From NCBI RefSeq assembly GCF_009914755.1, contig NC_060947.1: 64,000 bases of DNA. The stretch is one strand, 5' to 3'. Shown here piece after piece: positions 59,134-64,000 of this stretch. The notes under the pieces are model-generated. The model was not told the DNA's origin. It was given only the letters and a program-made list of their open reading frames with translations, and made no database searches. Origin of the DNA: the human T2T-CHM13v2.0 reference genome, Homo sapiens. The translations under genes and the position numbers were made by a program. How positions within the stretch are numbered: position 1 is the first letter of the stretch; each line of letters opens with the position of its first letter.

Positions 59134-59230
59134 GTAAGTCATGTGAGCGCCCGCCCCCGCGCCGGCAACAGCCCTGCGTCGCTGCGGCGCGCCGCGCCGC
59201 GCCGCGCCTGCGTACTGTGGCCCGCCGCCC

Positions 59231-59300
59231 GGCGCGAACGGGCACTTCCGGCGCGAACGGGCACTTCCGGCGCGAACCGCTACTTCCGGTGCGAACCGCC
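59231..59300 (+). repeat. 19-bp tandem repeat (3 full + 1 partial copy) in the VMA21 promoter
   Basis: GGCGCGAACGGGCACTTCC x2 (59231, 59250), GGCGCGAACCGCTACTTCC (59269), GGTGCGAACCGCC (59288). Confidence 0.95.
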
Positions 59301-59384
59301 TCGGCCGTTCCCTCGCGGAGCTTACTGAGCGCGGCCGCCGAGCCCAGCTCCGCCGCCGAGCGCCTGTGCCGGCACGGCTACACC

Positions 59385-59437
59385 ATGGAGCGCCCGGATA
59401 AGGCGGCGCTGAACGCACTGCAGCCTCCTGAGTTCAG
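59385..59437 (+). CDS. VMA21: VMA21 canonical first coding exon (c.1-53), vacuolar ATPase assembly factor
   Basis: ATG at 59385 in strong Kozak context (accATGg) reads MERPDKAALNALQPPEF(R), the recognised N-terminus of 101-aa human VMA21. Donor CAG|GTAGCC at 59437/59438 is phase 2 and gives 53 coding nt. No downstream exon was found within the window. Confidence 0.97.
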
Positions 59438-60257
59438 GTAGCCCTGAGCGGGGCCTGGACCGCGAGGCGGACTGGCCCCAGCCTGGAGCAGGGCTTGAGG
59501 GAAGGCCCTAGCTGAATGGGTGGGCGTGAGGTCTGGACCCCGGGGACCTGGCCTCAGGGAAGGGGGCGGGGAAAGCAGGTTGGAGCCTGAGACGTCTAAA
59601 CTCCCGGCCCCGAACTTTCGCTCGGGAACAAGGGATCCGGGGTCATGGGGAATAGGTCAGTGGGCCTTCAGCTCATGCTCCTATCCTAGCACTTTCTCTC
59701 GCTGTGTCTATATTGCAGTCTCTTTCATTACCGCAGGGTCAGCCTTCTGAGGACAGGAATGCAGTCTCCTTCATCTCCGTGTTCCCTAGGGGGCCTGCAT
59801 AGTCGGGGCTTAATAAATGTTTGCTGTATGAATGAAGGAGTAGAAGGGAATAGTCCCCTGGTGTGAGATTGCTTCACTTGGGGAATCAGTAAGATAGAGG
59901 CTGGTGACTGAGTTGAAGGAATGTATGAGAGAGCAGGTGGTTCTGGCCCACCCCAGTAGGCAAGGGAGTGGTGAGGGAGTTAGCTATCATTCGTTAAGAC
60001 CTACTGTATGCCAGGCTCAGTGCACGTGCTTTACATACATTGTCAGAATTCTTAATTTCTCTAACTGCTTGATTTCCCAATTTTGAAGAGGATGCAGTTG
60101 AGGGTAAGTGACTTGAAACTGAGGGTGAGTGATTACAGAATTAGGCGACAAAGTTAGTATGTAATTGAAGCTAACGTTTGACCAAGCTCACTGACTCCAA
60201 AGCCCACGATCTTTGGAGCTCTGTGATGCCTTCTCTTTCCGACAGGGTCATTGTGAG

Positions 60258-60662
60258 TTTTTTTTTTTTTTTTTTAACTTTTATTTTAGGTTCATGAGTA
60301 CATGCGCAGGTTTGTTATATAGGTAAACTGCATGTCACGGGGGCTTGGCGTACAGGTAATTTTGTCACCCAGGTAATAAGCATAGTACCCGATAGGCGTT
60401 TTTTCTGATTCTCTCCCTCCTCCCAGCCTCCACCCTCAAGTAGACCGCACTGTCTGTTGTTCCTCTCCTAGTGTCCATCTGTTCTTGTTGTTTAGTTCCC
60501 ACTTATGAGAACGTGCAGTATTTGGTTTTCTTTTCCTGTCTTAATTTGCTTAGAATAATGGCTTCCAGCTCCAGTCATGTTGCTGCAAAGGACATGATCT
60601 CATTCTTTTTTATGGCTGCATAGTGTTCCATGGTGTATATGTACCGCATTTTCTTTATCCAG
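60258..60662 (-). mobile_element. Older L1PA 3' end in VMA21 intron 1
   Basis: Poly-T, then aacttttattttaggttca...gtacatgcgcaggtttgttatatagg...gctgcaaaggacatgatctcattc. Confidence 0.88.
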
Positions 60663-61984
60663 CCTCAATGTGGGTTTTTTTTTAATTATTCATTTATGAG
60701 AATACCAACATATTTTTATTAGATACACTTACAGCATAGTCCTTCTAGACTGATTCTGGTTTCCTAATGGAATTTGCAGTGAAATCTTGACTGTGGGAGA
60801 AAGAATTCCTGTTGTCTTACTTGCTACAAAAGGGAATGTGGTAGGCTCTGTCTGCTCAATGTTGGCTGCAGAAGTTTGTATGAAGTGGGAAAACTAGGTG
60901 GTGTTATAAATGGAGGCAGATTAAGGTTCATCCTGAACTTTTTCCTTTGTGTGAGGACAACTTTAATTCCAGCCTTTCTCATTCCTCACTTCTAACAAAT
61001 CTCTGCTCAGTAACACCCAAAGATACATAGGATAAATCAATTGAATAGCATCAGTTGCTTTGTCTTGGATAAGCCACTGATTTTACCCAAGGTGGCTTGC
61101 ATCAGCAAAACCAACAGCTCTTGTGGCTGGAATCCAGGGAGAAAATGTCCTATAAACAGTAGAGGAAGTTTGCTAGTTTTCAAAAGTTTGTATGTACACT
61201 TTGACTTAATGCTTAGTCCCATATTAGTGAGGTCACAACACAGAAAAGTAGTCACATTTTTGAAGTTTGAGGTAAAGAGAGAAGTGAGAAGGAATTAGCC
61301 ATAAATTATTAAGGTATGCTGTGTATAGATTGTGTGGGGGCTAGAAATTAATATGTAGAAAGGTTATATTTGGGTGGTGGGATTATAGGTGATTTTGTTT
61401 ACTTTAAAACATTTTTATGGTGTTATATCATCTTTTCAATAATAAACTTTTTAAAAGCCAGACCAGATAATAGATACTCAAGAGAGGTCATGTAAAGAAC
61501 AAAACAATCAGTTAACACTTCCTTTCTGTTCCTTTAACAAGTTAGATAATCTGAAAGTTGCATTCCTAAAACATACTTTTTTACTCACCATAGAAACACC
61601 AAAGTCAAGTGCTTTTTTTAGGGTGCACAAAAGAATTGGCCAATTAGTGACTCTTTGTATTTTTTGTAGATTCTCCACTGCAGACACTCATACTCTTCAT
61701 GAGGATTACACAATAAATTTCTCTAAAAATTTACTAGTAGGAAACAGTTTAAGGGAGCTTATGTATATTAAATGAGAGTTGTATAGCTCAGTAATAACCA
61801 AAATGAGGCCTGCTAAAAGATGATCCATTTAAGTACCAAAAGAAAATATTAGAACTTTTTTTTTACAGCAGTAAGCATTTAATTTCTCACACATGTGCAG
61901 AGCATGTGATCAAGAAATAGGCATGAGGTTAGTTATATTTAATATATATTTTACTCAATGTTTTTGTGGGTTTTTTGTTCAGGT

Positions 61985-63830
61985 TCTTTTTAAATAAATT
62001 TCATTGTGTATATTTGAGGTTCATAACATGATGTTATGGCATACATATAGTAAAATGATTACTATGGTGAAGCAGATTAATATATCTGTCATCTCACATA
62101 CTTTTGTGTGTGTGTGACCAGAGGCAGCTAAAATCTTATTTACAAAAGTCCCTAATACCATGCAACTTTATTGCCTATAGTCCTCTTGTACATTAGATAT
62201 CTCACTTGTTAATCCATATATCTACTGCTTTGTGTCCTTTGATGTATATCTTCCTATTTCCTCCCCTCCAGCCTCCCACCCCCACCGCCATGGTAACTAC
62301 TGTTTTATTCTCTGTCCCTGTGTAGTTGACCGTTGACCTTTTTTTTTTTTTTTTAAAGATTCCACATATAAGTGAGCTCATGTAGTATTCGTCTTTCTGC
62401 GTTTGGCTTATTTTACTTAACATGTCTTCCAGGTCCATCCATGTTGTGGCAAATGGCAGATGTCCTCTTTTAAGGCTGAATAAAATATTCCCTTGTATAT
62501 ATACACTACGGTTTCTTTATTTTGTCTGTCTACATACACGTAGGTTGTTTTCAAATCTTGGCTATTGTGAATAATGCTGCAATGAACATGGAAGTGCAGA
62601 TATTTTTACGAGGTAGTGATTTCATCTCCTTTGCTTATATTCCAGAAGAGAGATTGCTGGGCTGTGTGGTAGTTCTATTTTTAATTTCTTTAGGAACTGT
62701 TTTCCATAATGGCTGTACCAGTCTACATTTCCAGTCACAATGTAGTAGGGTTTCTTTTTCTCCACACTTTTACAAACATTTGTTATCACTTGCCTTTTTG
62801 ATAATAGCTGTCCTTAGAAGTGTGAGGTTATATCTCATAGTGGTTTTGATTTGCATTTCCCTGATGATTTAGTGATGTTGAGCACATTTTCATTTATCTC
62901 TTGGCCATTTTTATGTCTTTGGAGAAATGTCTGTCCAGCTGTTGTCCATATTTTAATCAGGTGGTTTTTCTGCTGAGTTGTAAGAGTTCTTTATAAATTT
63001 TGGGGTATTAACCCCTTACAAGATAGGTGGTTCGCAAATATGTTTTCCTAGTCTGTAAGCTGCCTTTTCATTTTGTTGATTGTTTCCTTTGCAGTACAGA
63101 AGCTTTTTAGTTTGATGCAAGCCGCTTTATTTTTTCTTTTGTAGCCTGAGCTTTTGGTGTGATATCCAAAAAATCATTACTGAGGCCAATGTTAAGGACC
63201 TTTCCCTCTGTGTTCTTTTATGTCTTAAAACTTTATATCTTTATGTTTTAGTTATTTTATCCATTTTGGGTTGATTTTTGTTTATGGTGTAAGAGTCCAG
63301 TTTTTTTCTTTGCATGTAGAAATCCTGTTTTCCCAGTACCACTTATTGAAGGGACTGTCCTTTCCCCATTGTGTTCCTCTTAACACCCCTGTCGAAGATT
63401 AGTTGGCCATATATGTTTGGATTTATTTCTGGGCTCTATTCTGTTTCATTGTTATATGTTTCTGTTTTTATGCCAATACCATATTGTTTTGATTACTATA
63501 ACTGTAATATTTTAAATCAGAAAGTGTGATGCTTACAACTTTTTCAATGTTGCTTTGGCTATTTGGGGCTTTTTGTGGTTCTGTATGATGAATTTTAGGA
63601 TTGTTTTTCTATTTTAATGAAGAATGCTACTGTAATTTTGATAGAGATTGTGTTATATCTGTATGTTGCTTTGGGTGCTGTAGACATTTCAACAGTATTA
63701 ATTCTTCCAATCCATGAACACAGGATATCTTTACATTTATTTGTGTCATCTTCAATTTCTTTCATCAGTGTTTTATACTTTTCAGTGTACAAGTCACTCA
63801 TCGCCTTGGTTAAATTTATTCCTAAGTTTC
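61985..63830 (-). mobile_element. L1MA/MB-class LINE in VMA21 intron 1
   Basis: Antisense ORF2 remnants (DLYTEKYKTLMKEIEDDTNK...CSWIGRIN) and 3' UTR. Confidence 0.88.
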
Positions 63831-64000
63831 TTTTTTTTTGAAATAGAGTCTTGCTCTGTCACCCAGGCCAGAGTAAAGTGCCCCAATCACTGCTCACTGC
63901 AGCCTTGACCTCTGGGGCTCAAACAATCCTCCCACTTCAGCCTCTTGAGTAGCTGAGATTACAGGCACGTGCCACCATGCCCAGCGAATTATCAAAATTT
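63831..64000 (-). mobile_element. AluJ, cut by the window edge
   Basis: Poly-T, then gagtcttgctctgtcacccagg...ctcactgcagccttgacctctggggctcaa. Confidence 0.88.

Larger units (their letters stand above)
58820..59650. promoter_or_regulatory. CpG island / VMA21 promoter
   Basis: Very GC- and CpG-rich stretch containing both first exons, ETS (ACTTCCGG) motifs, E2F-like (GGCGCGAA) motifs and GC boxes. Confidence 0.93.
59438..64000 (+). other. VMA21: VMA21 intron 1 (continues beyond the window)
   Basis: Starts at the GT after the canonical exon and is repeat-filled. No ORF matching the NESSLASTLK continuation was seen. Confidence 0.85.

Noticed and set aside
59217-59384. In-frame GTG-initiated 56-aa extension of canonical VMA21
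   Set aside because: An open frame is expected in very GC-rich DNA, and it crosses the ETS array that probably lies at or upstream of the TSS; no supporting evidence from sequence alone
58976-59418. Antisense Arg/Ala-rich ORFs in the CpG island
   Set aside because: Typical stop-poor CpG-island artefacts

Overview
Primate (human-like) genomic DNA. The canonical first coding exon of VMA21 (MERPDKAALNALQPPEFR, V-ATPase V0 assembly factor; human gene at Xq28) identifies it as about 59 kb of repeat-rich sequence upstream of VMA21, followed by its CpG-island promoter and the start of intron 1. The island holds two alternative first coding exons with phase-matched donors (58916/59024-59133 and 59385-59437). 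Between them is a 19-bp tandem array of alternating E2F-like and ETS motifs. No other protein-coding gene is supportable; the remaining ORFs are L1/Tigger/Alu-derived or chance. Most noteworthy structure: (i) three separate 120-150 bp direct-repeat pairs, each enclosing a 0.36-1.7 kb spacer, two of which carry promoter- or exon-like signals; (ii) three orphan GC-rich promoter-like elements (~22.0, ~32.9, ~53.9 kb); (iii) a twin-primed L1PA whose 3' end is missing; (iv) an AT-rich tract grading into a 25/27-bp palindromic minisatellite. Repeat subfamily names are from memory of consensus sequences, and most repeat boundaries are approximate.
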